A DNA stretch of 55,672 nucleotides from an uncultured Lachnospiraceae bacterium (GTDB lineage: Bacteria > Bacillota > Clostridia > Lachnospirales > Lachnospiraceae): contig CADBOU010000101.1 in assembly GCA_902796355.1 (NCBI GenBank), forward strand, positions 1-55,672, in the 5' to 3' direction. Positions 44,929 through 54,864 of this stretch are shown one piece after another. Each line of letters starts with the position of its first letter. The first letter of the stretch is position 1. The notes beneath the pieces are model-generated. The model made no database searches and had not been told where the DNA came from. It saw only the letters and a program-made list of their open reading frames with translations. A program made the position numbers and the translations under genes.

Positions 44929-45724
44929 AACACGTCTTATCAGCGGCATCGTTTTAGTGATCGCTGCTCTGATTTTATTTTTAACTGGAGGAAAACTGCT
45001 TTGGGCTGCCATGATGCTGATCAGCGCAGTTGGTCTTTATGAGTTCTATAAAGCAGTGAGATTGTTCTGGGATAAGATTGCAGTGATCGGATTTTTGGCG
45101 ATGGTTGCATATTATGTTTTGCTGCTGTTTATTGATGCAGACAGAGCACTGGGGCTGATGATCTCAGGACTTATCATATTGCTCCTTGTCTTCCTTGTTG
45201 TCACTTATCCTTCTTATCAGATATCTCAATTAGGAGTTGTCGTACTGGGAGTCATATATATTCCCGTGATGCTCTCCTTTATTTATCTGACCAGAAGTCT
45301 GCCTCACGGCAAGTGCCTTGTCTGGTTAATTTTCCTTGCTGCCTGGGGCAGTGATACACTTGCCTACTGTACCGGAATGCTGATTGGAAAACATAAAATG
45401 ACACCCCGTCTTTCTCCGAAGAAGACAATAGAAGGAGGCATCGGCGGCGTTCTCGGTGCAGCTCTTCTCGGTGTCATTTATGCAGCGATCATGCATGCCG
45501 CATCTCCGGCAACCGGTGCGCACATCGGTTGGTATGCACTGATTTGTGCAGTAGGAGCAGTTATTTCCATGTTTGGTGATCTGGCTGCATCAGCGATCAA
45601 GCGCTCATTTGATATCAAGGATTTCGGTAATCTGATTCCCGGTCATGGCGGAATTCTGGATCGTTTTGATTCGATCATTATTACCGCACCGGTCATCTAT
45701 TTTCTTTGTCTGTATTTACTGTAG
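44921..45724 (+). CDS. cdsA: Phosphatidate cytidylyltransferase
   Basis: Polytopic membrane protein with the C-terminal signature SAIKRSFDIKDFGNLIPGHGGILDRFDS. ATG 44921 overlaps the uppS stop. Confidence 0.9.
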   Translation: MFKTRLISGIVLVIAALILFLTGGKLLWAAMMLISAVGLYEFYKAVRLFWDKIAVIGFLAMVAYYVLLLFIDADRALGLMISGLIILLLVFLVVTYPSYQISQLGVVVLGVIYIPVMLSFIYLTRSLPHGKCLVWLIFLAAWGSDTLAYCTGMLIGKHKMTPRLSPKKTIEGGIGGVLGAALLGVIYAAIMHAASPATGAHIGWYALICAVGAVISMFGDLAASAIKRSFDIKDFGNLIPGHGGILDRFDSIIITAPVIYFLCLYLL

Positions 45725-45745
45725 TTTTCCATGAGGGAGTCAGGT

Positions 45746-46894
45746 ATGAAACGAATTGCAGTTTTCGGATCGACCGGTTCAATAGGCACACAAACGCTGG
45801 ATGTTATCAGCAGGGAACCGGATCGTTTTAGTGCAGAGATCCTGGTTGCGGGAAAAAATGATGCATTAATGGAGCGCCAGATCAGACAGTTTCATCCGCG
45901 CAAAGCAGTGATGGGTGATCCGGAAGCGGCGGTCTCTCTTAAGGTGAGAGTGGCCGATCTTGATGTAGAAATCGGATCTGGTATGGATGCGGTTGCAGAG
46001 GCAGCTTCTGATCAGGATATTGATCTTGTACTTATGGCGCTTGTCGGCATGATCGGAATCAGGCCGACAGTGGCGGCGCTTACCGCCGGACATAAACTGG
46101 CTCTGGCCAATAAGGAAACGTTGGTATGCGCCGGGCATTTAATCATGAATCTATCCCGGGACAAGGGGATCTCTATTCTGCCGGTTGACTCTGAACACTC
46201 AGCGATTTTTCAGTGCATCGGAGAACATCCGGCATCTTCGATAGAACAAATCCTTCTGACAGCATCAGGAGGTCCGTTTTTTGGGAAAGATACGACGTTC
46301 TTAAAAACTGCCAGGCTTGAGCAGGCCTTGAATCATCCAAACTGGTCGATGGGGCAGAAAGTGACGATTGATTCCGCCAGTATGGTTAATAAGGGGCTGG
46401 AAGTGATCGAAGCAAAATGGTTGTTTGATACTCCAGTTGAACGTATCAAAGTTCTGGTGCAAAGAGAAAGCTATGTGCACTCGATGGTCCAGTTTGTTGA
46501 TGGATCTGTGTTGGCTCAGATAGCGCCTCCGGATATGCGCGTTCCGATTTCTTATGCGCTGGGATATCCTGAGCATTTTAAGCTTCCGGTCAATCCGCTC
46601 GATTTTGCGAAGATTGGCGGGATTCAGTTTTTTGAGCCTGATCTCGATACATTCCGCGGACTTGCTCTCGGATATGAGGCAGGAAGAGTCGGCGGCAGTC
46701 TACCGGCTGTCTTCAATGCAGCAAATGAAAAAGCTGTTCAGATGTATGCCGTAGGTAAAATAGGATTCTTAACTATATATGAGATCATTGAAGATTGTAT
46801 GACTCATCATCATGTCATTGAAAGCCCTTCCTTACAGCAAATCTTTGACTGTGAACAGGAGACATATGAGCGGATTGAAAGCAGGTGGGAATAG
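45746..46894 (+). CDS. dxr: 1-deoxy-D-xylulose 5-phosphate reductoisomerase
   Basis: MKRIAVFGSTGSIGTQTLDV, LANKETLV, DSEHSAIFQC. ATG 45746 sits behind GAGGGAG. Confidence 0.95.
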   Translation: MKRIAVFGSTGSIGTQTLDVISREPDRFSAEILVAGKNDALMERQIRQFHPRKAVMGDPEAAVSLKVRVADLDVEIGSGMDAVAEAASDQDIDLVLMALVGMIGIRPTVAALTAGHKLALANKETLVCAGHLIMNLSRDKGISILPVDSEHSAIFQCIGEHPASSIEQILLTASGGPFFGKDTTFLKTARLEQALNHPNWSMGQKVTIDSASMVNKGLEVIEAKWLFDTPVERIKVLVQRESYVHSMVQFVDGSVLAQIAPPDMRVPISYALGYPEHFKLPVNPLDFAKIGGIQFFEPDLDTFRGLALGYEAGRVGGSLPAVFNAANEKAVQMYAVGKIGFLTIYEIIEDCMTHHHVIESPSLQQIFDCEQETYERIESRWE

Positions 46895-47934
46895 TCTTGG
46901 GTATATTGTTAGCGATTATCATTTTTGGCTTTATCGTAGCCTTTCATGAATTCGGCCATTTCATTCTGGCTAAGGTGAATCATATCCAGGTGTTTGATTT
47001 TTCTGTTGGATTTGGCCCGTCGATCCTGCATAAGAAGATCGGCGAGACAACGTACAACCTTCGGATCATTCCTCTTGGCGGTATGTGCCAGATGGGTGAA
47101 GATAATGCTGAAGGGGAACAGGGAAACTTTAATGAAAAGCCTGTGTGGGCCCGCATGCTGGTCATATTGGCCGGTCCCTTTTTTAATTTTATACTGGCTT
47201 TTTTGCTGGCTGTTATTCTTGTTGGAATGACAGGGTATGACAAACCTGTCATCGGTAATACCATGCAAGGGTATCCGGCACAAAAGGCCGGGTTAAAAAA
47301 AGGAGATGAAGTCATTTCCATCAATGGAAGAAAGATTCACCTGTGGCGGGAGATTTCTCTTAATAATGCGATGCATCCCGGTGAGAAGGTTCATATGGTC
47401 TACCGGAGAGACGGGAAAGAACGGAGTGTTGAGATCACACCTCAGAAACAGGAAGATGGATCTTATCTGCTCGGTATCTCGCCGACAGAATCCTTTTACA
47501 CAAAGGCCAGCCCTGTCACGGCAATGCAATATGGATTATATGAAGTTACCTATAGTGTCAGATCAACACTTGATGGTCTGAAGCTTTTAATCTACCGCAA
47601 AATCGGGATTGAGCAACTATCCGGTCCGGTCGGTATAGGAAGCATTGTCAATGAATCATACAACGAAAGCAAAGATTACGGCATTAAGGCAGTCGTGATG
47701 ACAATGCTTTCGCTTGCCATATTGCTTTCGGCCAATCTGGGAGTGATGAACTTACTCCCTATCCCTGCACTGGATGGAGGCCGATTCCTGTTTTTACTGA
47801 TTGAGGCTGTCCGCCGCAAGAGGCTTCCGCCTGAAAAAGAAGGGTTTGTGCATTTGGTCGGCATGGGTCTGTTGTTGATACTCATGGCTTTTGTGATGTA
47901 TAATGATATAACTAAGCTCATTTCAGGAAGTTAA
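46885..47934 (+). CDS. rseP: RIP site-2 metalloprotease RseP/RasP (M50 family)
   Basis: HEFGHF zinc motif, a PDZ segment (GYPAQKAGLKKGDEVISING) and NLLPIPALDGG. GTG 46885 overlaps the dxr stop; the exact start is uncertain. Confidence 0.85.
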   Translation: MGIVLGILLAIIIFGFIVAFHEFGHFILAKVNHIQVFDFSVGFGPSILHKKIGETTYNLRIIPLGGMCQMGEDNAEGEQGNFNEKPVWARMLVILAGPFFNFILAFLLAVILVGMTGYDKPVIGNTMQGYPAQKAGLKKGDEVISINGRKIHLWREISLNNAMHPGEKVHMVYRRDGKERSVEITPQKQEDGSYLLGISPTESFYTKASPVTAMQYGLYEVTYSVRSTLDGLKLLIYRKIGIEQLSGPVGIGSIVNESYNESKDYGIKAVVMTMLSLAILLSANLGVMNLLPIPALDGGRFLFLLIEAVRRKRLPPEKEGFVHLVGMGLLLILMAFVMYNDITKLISGS

Positions 47935-47948
47935 GAAAGTGGTGCCAT

Positions 47949-50900
47949 TTGAAAACCAAGATTAATAAATATTCAAAGGGTGATTATTCTTCGGCTAAAC
48001 CGCAGGTTGTCTTCTCTGAGACTAATATTCAGATGACGATCGGGGAGGGCGAGTCTTATCGCGGATCATTTGTGATTAAGAGCACCAATGAGATGAATGT
48101 CCGCGGTCTGATCTATGCATCGTCGAGACGTATCAAAATCGACAAAACCGGATTTGACGGTCTGGAGAATAAGATTACTTATACATTTGACGGACGGGGA
48201 CTTTCGCCGGGAGATATTGAAATGGGAACATTCGATATCGTCTGTACAGGGGGAGAGTACTCGCTTCATTTTGCTGCTTTTGTAGAAAAACCGTTCATTA
48301 TGACCGCTTATGGCAAAGTTCAGAGTCTGAAGAACTTTGCACACCTGGCCATGATTGATTACATGGAAGCACACAGGCTGTTTAAATCTCATGATTTCTT
48401 TGAGATTCTTAAGTATGAAGATGAGCGTGTTTCATCGCTCTACAAAAACATGCGCACCTGGTCTCTCAGCGAGGAGGGCATGGAGGAATTTCTTGTTGGG
48501 ACCAAGCAGAAAGAGCGTGTAATGCTCTCGCTGCCCAAGACCAGAAAATCAATTGATTTTCTGAGCGAAACCCGTAAAACGGTGATGGTTGTTCAAAAAA
48601 ACACATGGGGTTATCTGCCGGTCCATGTCGAGGTTGACGGAGATTTCATTTATCTTGACAAATCCCGTTTCTCCACTGATGATTTTGTCGGCAACAGCTT
48701 TACACTGGAATTTGTAATTGACAGAGACAGACTGCATGACGGACGGAATTATGCCAGAATCATCCTGACAACACCATACCAGACATTAAACTATGATGTT
48801 GATGTGCTGGAAGGCCACCATTATTCCGGTCAAAGTGCACAGATCCATTCGGTTTACGGCAGAATCATTTCCGAATACCTCCCTTGTGTCTGCGGGAAAA
48901 AAGGCATATCAGAATGGGTTGAAGAGGCGCTTGAACTGATTGAGCAGCTCCATGCTCATGACAGCGAAGACCGCTTTGTGGATCTTGTACAGGCACATAT
49001 ACTCCTGCGCGGCAACCGGAAAGAAGAAGCCAAGTGGGTACTTGATAACTTTGAGTATAATCGCATTATGCTCACTGCTCAGCCTGAATTGGCTGCATAT
49101 TATCTGTTCCTGTCTGCATTGTTATCCGGTGATCAGAGGCAGATGAGACGCATTTCTGAAGAGCTGGAGAGGCTGGAGCTGCGCAATGATGATTCATGGA
49201 TGATCGTCTGTATGCTGGCACTTCTTTCTCCTTCTTACCGTGAATACCGTTCCAGGCTGGAATATCTGAAGATGAAGCATATGCGTCATGGCTTCCACTC
49301 CTTGCTGTTTTATACAAACTGCTATATTTGCTACCAGGAAAACACAGGGCTGCTTACGTCTATCGGTGCTTTCGAACTGCATGTGCTTGAATTTGCATGC
49401 AAGAGAGGGATGTTTACAGCTGAGCTGGCGGCTCAACTTGCTTCCCTGATTCCGCAAGTCAGGAGGTTTGATGAGCGGCTGTACAGGATCTTATGTCATG
49501 TTTATGATATGTTCCCCTCTGATCATGTCCTGGCAGCTATCTGTACGCTTCTGATAAAAAAGAATGAACCGGACAGCGAAGATTTTAAGTGGTATCAGAT
49601 GGCAGTTGATCAGAATCTGAATATTCCAAAACTGTATGAGTACTATATGCTCACCATATCAGAGGATCAGGTCAAGGAATCACTTCCGAGATCCATCTAT
49701 CTGTATTTTATGCATGGGGACATGCTTGACTATAAAAAGAAAGCGCTTCTGTACTCCAACATTCTGACTTATGAGGAAGAAAGCTCCCAGCTTTTTGCTG
49801 ATTATCTTAATCAGATGGAGACGTTTGCATTTAATCAATTATTGATGCGGCGTATTAATGACAGACTGCGTATCATCTATAAACGCTTCTGCAATGAAGA
49901 AATGATGACAGTTGATCAGATTCAGGCCTTAAACGATATCTGCCATGCCTACTCGATCAGTACTTCAGTTTCTAACATGCGCAATGTGCTGGTGCTCGAT
50001 GGCCAGGGAAATATCATAGAACGGGTTCCATACACTGGTCCTGATACGGTCATCTTTGTGCATGATTCTACCTCGCGGGTTATCTGGGAGTCCGAGGAAG
50101 GACGATTCTATGCAGATTCTATTCCGTATGAAACAAAGCGCCTGTTCTACGAACCGCACTTTATTGAGTTTTGCAAACGTTACATGGATACGACACACCA
50201 GAGTGTTCCGGTGACTATAGAAGAAGATGTGCTGATTCAAACTGTTCGCGATCAGGGGTTTGCATCTGCCGATCCTGAATTTGTTTTTCAGGCATGTTCA
50301 CGCCGGATATCTGACGGCGATGGTGAGGAAGATCAGTTCCTGCTTGATCTGGCCTTCCATCTGTTTGAGCAGGGATACTATAACAAGACGACGCTTTCGT
50401 ATCTGAATGCCTATTACTATGGCAGCTCATACAATATGAAAAAGCTGTGGCGCAAAGCACGCAAATATGATCTTCCGACTGAAGAACTTGCAGAGCGCAT
50501 TATGACTCAGATGCTCTTTTCTGATCAGTTGATCAGTGAAAAAGAGGTGTTTGAAAACTATGTCAGCAAAGGCGGGTATTTCCGCCTAAGACAGGCCTAT
50601 TACGCATATGCATCTCATCTGTATTTTCTTTATGACCGCATCACAGATGATGATGTGTTTGAGTTGATAGCCGACGAATTTCTGCGTGATGAGAATCTCC
50701 CTGATATCTGCAAACTGGCGCTGATCCGTTTTTACAGCACGCATCAGGCTTCAGCGGAGATAAAAAAGATTCTTAAACAATTCATGCAGGATTTTTGCGA
50801 AAAAAGAACAATATTTCCATTTTTTCTTCAGTATCCCGACTCCTGGAAAAATGAGATGTGCTTAGAGGACAAGACGGTTGTTCAGTATCAATCTAAGTTT

Positions 50901-51251
50901 GGCGGTAAAGTAAAAATTCATTACCGTGTCATTAAACCGGGACTTCAGAAGAAAGAGTTAAAATTCCAGTCTGAAGTGTTGATTCCTGCATACGGAACAA
51001 TTTATGTGAAAGTATTTGTTCTCTTTTTCCGTGAGACACTGGAATATTATTTTGAAGAATTTTCAGAAGAGAAAAGCTCGAACACACCGCGCCAGCAGTA
51101 TCGCATTGACAAGAAAGAAGGCGCTTATGGCCGGTATCAGCGGCTTAATAGATTGATTTCACTGCCGGCGGGCAGCCGTGTGCGCACTCAGGAAGCCGCA
51201 TCCTATGATCAGGAACTGAAACTGGCTGAAGAAATATTCTTGTATTATTGA
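47949..51251 (+). CDS. Large uncharacterised protein: N-terminal Ig-like beta-sandwich, long helical-repeat body, beta-rich C-terminus
   Basis: 1100-aa uninterrupted ORF 14 nt after the rseP stop. TTG start; the first ATG lies 84 nt further in. No signal peptide, TM helix or catalytic motif was recognised. I vaguely recall a Clostridia-restricted DUF family (DUF5717?) but this is unverified. Confidence 0.7.
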   Translation: MKTKINKYSKGDYSSAKPQVVFSETNIQMTIGEGESYRGSFVIKSTNEMNVRGLIYASSRRIKIDKTGFDGLENKITYTFDGRGLSPGDIEMGTFDIVCTGGEYSLHFAAFVEKPFIMTAYGKVQSLKNFAHLAMIDYMEAHRLFKSHDFFEILKYEDERVSSLYKNMRTWSLSEEGMEEFLVGTKQKERVMLSLPKTRKSIDFLSETRKTVMVVQKNTWGYLPVHVEVDGDFIYLDKSRFSTDDFVGNSFTLEFVIDRDRLHDGRNYARIILTTPYQTLNYDVDVLEGHHYSGQSAQIHSVYGRIISEYLPCVCGKKGISEWVEEALELIEQLHAHDSEDRFVDLVQAHILLRGNRKEEAKWVLDNFEYNRIMLTAQPELAAYYLFLSALLSGDQRQMRRISEELERLELRNDDSWMIVCMLALLSPSYREYRSRLEYLKMKHMRHGFHSLLFYTNCYICYQENTGLLTSIGAFELHVLEFACKRGMFTAELAAQLASLIPQVRRFDERLYRILCHVYDMFPSDHVLAAICTLLIKKNEPDSEDFKWYQMAVDQNLNIPKLYEYYMLTISEDQVKESLPRSIYLYFMHGDMLDYKKKALLYSNILTYEEESSQLFADYLNQMETFAFNQLLMRRINDRLRIIYKRFCNEEMMTVDQIQALNDICHAYSISTSVSNMRNVLVLDGQGNIIERVPYTGPDTVIFVHDSTSRVIWESEEGRFYADSIPYETKRLFYEPHFIEFCKRYMDTTHQSVPVTIEEDVLIQTVRDQGFASADPEFVFQACSRRISDGDGEEDQFLLDLAFHLFEQGYYNKTTLSYLNAYYYGSSYNMKKLWRKARKYDLPTEELAERIMTQMLFSDQLISEKEVFENYVSKGGYFRLRQAYYAYASHLYFLYDRITDDDVFELIADEFLRDENLPDICKLALIRFYSTHQASAEIKKILKQFMQDFCEKRTIFPFFLQYPDSWKNEMCLEDKTVVQYQSKFGGKVKIHYRVIKPGLQKKELKFQSEVLIPAYGTIYVKVFVLFFRETLEYYFEEFSEEKSSNTPRQQYRIDKKEGAYGRYQRLNRLISLPAGSRVRTQEAASYDQELKLAEEIFLYY

Positions 51252-51274
51252 TTTCTGTTTTAAGGGGACAGACA

Positions 51275-52564
51275 ATGGATAAGATGACCGAAAATGTTAT
51301 AGGATTTGACTTAAATGATCAGTATTGTCAGATCAGTTATTGCCATGAGGGAATGGAAGAGCCCGAGACAAAAGAAGTCGTTGGAGATAATGATAAAATT
51401 CCGCTCGCTATCGGTACATACCGCAACCGCTGGACATATGGTCAGGAGGCTATTCGTCATGGCCTGGGTGAGAATGGCGTTTTTTGCGACAGGCTGTTTT
51501 CACGGGCGCTGGCTGGCGAAACAGTAATGTTCGGCGATAAAGAAGTGAGTGCAGCCAGTCTTCTTGAAAAGTATATTGAACTGTCTCTGAGCACATACGA
51601 CCCTGTCACATATATCGTTTTTTCGGTGCCGGCATTGTCGGAAGATATTGTCAAGCTCCTCAAAATGATTGGTGAACGGATCGGTCTTGAAAAGAATCAT
51701 ACCATCGTCCAGGATTACAAAGAAAGCTTCTGTCACTTTATGTTTGATCAGCCCAAGGAGCTTTGGCAATATGAGGCTGCCTTATTTTACTGTGACAAAG
51801 AGCAAGTCTGTGCATATATGATGAAACGGATTGATACAGGATATAATCGTTACGGATCTTCTTTTGTGATGGTAGAAGAGGTTTCACACGCTCTGATGAG
51901 TGAGCTTCATGTGACATTCCCGGTTATGAATGTGGATTCTGCAATGGAAGCGGATGTGCGCTTTCTGCATTGGGTTAACGGCGTTTTTGACAGACGGCGC
52001 ATATCTTCTGTGTTTTTGACGGGAGAAGGGTTCGAGACGAACTGGTATCCAGAGACATTGAAGGTCATGTGTAATGGCAGACGTGTTTTTATCGGCAATA
52101 ATCTCTACAGTAAAGGTGCCTGCTATGAAGCGTTCAGACGTCAGATAGGGCGCAGCTCAGGTCCGGTGTATCTCGATGAATCAAAGATGACTGACCGGAT
52201 ATGCATGAAAATCAGACGCGGTGATAAAGAAGAGATGTATCCGATTGTTTCGTGGGGTGAACACTGGTATGAGTCAGACTGCACCTACGAAGTGCTGCTT
52301 GATAACAATGATCCGATTGAATTGTATCAGAATTCCCTGGCAACAGGAGAAGAAAAGACGATCACTGTCAACCTTGACGGACTTCCAAACCGTAAGAACT
52401 ATTCACTGCGACTGGTTATCCAGGCCGTTTTTCTGGATGAGAACCGTTGCCGAATCACGTTTACTGATGCCGGTTTCGGTGAGATTTTCCCGGAGACAGA
52501 TTTTTCGAAAGACGTGACAGTCATGTTAGGAGGAAGCAATGAGCAGTTTAATACTTTGTCATAA
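51275..52564 (+). CDS. Hsp70-shaped protein with degenerate nucleotide-binding loops (pseudo-chaperone candidate)
   Basis: ATG 51275 lies 7 nt after [21 protein letters not shown] aligns to DnaK [40 protein letters not shown] aligns to [35 protein letters not shown] aligns to VILVGGQTR. The C-terminal [36 protein letters not shown] resembles the SBD-beta segment (F.L.GIPPAPRG.PQIEVTFDID.NG). Confidence 0.7.
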   Translation: [429 protein letters not shown]

Positions 52565-53306
52565 ACAGAAGGCGACTCAGCCTTATAAGCTTCCTCATAT
52601 ACGATATAAGATTTATACGATTGAGGAGATGGCTTATGTCATTTTTGACAATCTGTATCTTCTTGATCACACATTGATGAGCGAATCGCTGTGCGAATGG
52701 CTAGAGGGGGAACTGGGTCTGTTTTCGTTAGCAGACAGTCTGCGGGAGCAGATTGCCAAACGCGTCTCACTTGAAGATTTTATTTTGTATTTCCTCGAGC
52801 ACACAGGGATTTATTCTACTGCGGAAATATCTGGAATCAAAGGCGTTCTGGCGGCACTCGAAGGACAGGAAGAAGTTGAAAAACAAAAGAAAAAGGCCGA
52901 TGATCTGCTGTCCATGAATGAATATGAAAATGCAATATTGGCATATAATTCGATCCTGGCAGCCACCCGCACAGATGCAGTTGATGCATCGTTTTATGGA
53001 AAGGTGTATGCCTGCCTTGGCGCAGCTTACGGCCGTCTGTTTCTCTATAAGGAAGCGGCAAAAGCCTACGCAGCCGCTTATCAGATCTGTGATGATTTTG
53101 AAATGATCAAAGCATACTTGTATGCATGCCGTCAATACATGCCGGCTGAAGAGTATCACCTGTTATTGTCAGAAAATGATTTGTTCAAAGTGGCCGATAA
53201 AGAAAACAGCCAAAAGATACATGAGTTTGAGGATTCTCTGCACAGAGAGCCGGATGACAGTCTGATTGAAGAGTGGAAATCTGCTTATCGCGAGATTCCG
53301 ATTTAA
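52539..53306 (+). CDS. Uncharacterised TPR-like helical protein
   Basis: 255 aa. ATG 52539 lies 5 nt after AGGAGG and 26 nt inside the preceding ORF. TPR-like helices YENAILAYNSILAA ... GKVYACLGAAYGRLFLYKEAAKAYAAAYQI. Confidence 0.65.
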   Translation: MSSLILCHKQKATQPYKLPHIRYKIYTIEEMAYVIFDNLYLLDHTLMSESLCEWLEGELGLFSLADSLREQIAKRVSLEDFILYFLEHTGIYSTAEISGIKGVLAALEGQEEVEKQKKKADDLLSMNEYENAILAYNSILAATRTDAVDASFYGKVYACLGAAYGRLFLYKEAAKAYAAAYQICDDFEMIKAYLYACRQYMPAEEYHLLLSENDLFKVADKENSQKIHEFEDSLHREPDDSLIEEWKSAYREIPI

Positions 53307-53316
53307 GGAGAGAAAA

Positions 53317-54753
53317 ATGTCTACAGACCGATATACAAGCCCGTTATCTCAAAGATATGCCAGCCGTGATATGCAGTATATCTTTTCCGAAGATAAAAAG
53401 TTTACTACCTGGAGAAAATTATGGATTGCTCTTGCTGAAATAGAAAAGGACCTTGGGCTGGATATTACTGATGAACAGATTCAAGAACTGAAAAAGCACG
53501 CCAATGATATCAATTATCAAGAAGCACGGGAGCGAGAGAAAATTACACGCCATGATGTGATGTCTCATGTGTATGCATACGGGCTTCAGTGTCCCAAAGC
53601 AAAGGGAATTATCCATCTGGGAGCAACATCGTGTTATGTCGGAGATAATACCGATGTGATTATCATGAAGGATGCGCTCACATTACTGCGCAGGAAACTG
53701 CTGTGTGTGATTGCTAATCTTGCTTCTTTTGCTGAAGAATACCGCTCGCTGCCAACTCTTGGATACACACATTTCCAGCCTGCACAGCCGACAACAGTCG
53801 GCAAACGCGCAACACTTTGGATTCAGGATCTGATGACTGACTATGAGTATCTGAATGATGTGCGCGACGGGTTAAAGCTTCTTGGAAGCAAAGGAACAAC
53901 CGGTACACAAGCATCGTTCCTGGAACTGTTTGACGGAGATCTTGAAAAAGTAAGAGCGCTGGATCCTATGTTGGCTGATAAATTCGGCTTCTCTGGTTGT
54001 GTTGATGTGTCAGGACAGACTTATTCGAGAAAAACTGATCTCATGGTGCTGTCTGTTTTGGAACAGATTGCTGTTACGGCATCAAAGTTCTCCGGGGATA
54101 TCAGATTACTTCAGAATCTGAAAGAAGTCGAAGAGCCGTTTGAAAAAGGTCAGATTGGATCTTCTGCCATGGCCTATAAACGTAATCCCATGCGCAGTGA
54201 AAGAATCGGATCTCTGTCACGGTTTGTCATCAGTAATACTATGAATCCGGCTATGACTGCCGCTACGCAGTGGTTTGAGAGAACCCTTGATGACTCAGCG
54301 AACAGACGGTTATCTATTGCCGAGGGATTTCTTGCAACAGACGGTATCCTGGAATTGATGATTAACGTAACCAGCGGCCTTGTTGTTTACCCCAAAGTGG
54401 TCGAAGCACATCTTAAGAGAGAACTTCCGTTCATGGCCACTGAGACAATTTTGATGGATGCAGTCAAACGGGGCGGAGACCGTCAGGTTCTTCATGAAAA
54501 AATCCGTACTGCATCGATGGAAGCTGCAGCCAAAGTAAAACAGGAAGGGCTTGACAATGATTTGATGGAAAGACTCATGGCTGATCCTGCCTTTTCGCTT
54601 GATGAAGACGGAGTTGCGCATGCTATGGATCCTTCCCGTTATATCGGTTGTGCCAGCAGCCAGACAGAGCATTATCTGAATGATGTTGTTTACCCTGTAC
54701 TCAATGAAAATAAAGAATTGCTCGAAGATATCACAGCACAGATTAATGTATAA
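53317..54753 (+). CDS. purB: Adenylosuccinate lyase
   Basis: MSTDRYTSPLSQRYAS N-terminus, GYTHFQPAQPTTVGKR, signature SSAMAYKRNPMRSE. ATG 53317 sits behind AAGGAGAG. The track start at 53266 lies inside the preceding gene. Confidence 0.95.
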   Translation: MSTDRYTSPLSQRYASRDMQYIFSEDKKFTTWRKLWIALAEIEKDLGLDITDEQIQELKKHANDINYQEAREREKITRHDVMSHVYAYGLQCPKAKGIIHLGATSCYVGDNTDVIIMKDALTLLRRKLLCVIANLASFAEEYRSLPTLGYTHFQPAQPTTVGKRATLWIQDLMTDYEYLNDVRDGLKLLGSKGTTGTQASFLELFDGDLEKVRALDPMLADKFGFSGCVDVSGQTYSRKTDLMVLSVLEQIAVTASKFSGDIRLLQNLKEVEEPFEKGQIGSSAMAYKRNPMRSERIGSLSRFVISNTMNPAMTAATQWFERTLDDSANRRLSIAEGFLATDGILELMINVTSGLVVYPKVVEAHLKRELPFMATETILMDAVKRGGDRQVLHEKIRTASMEAAAKVKQEGLDNDLMERLMADPAFSLDEDGVAHAMDPSRYIGCASSQTEHYLNDVVYPVLNENKELLEDITAQINV

Positions 54754-54864
54754 ATCTGTATCTGTCTAACGAATCATATCAGCACATATCAGGACATTCC
54801 TTCACCGGCTTAAATCCCTGTCTTTCAGAGGATGTATGTGAAGGGATGTCTCTTTGTGAGTTCG

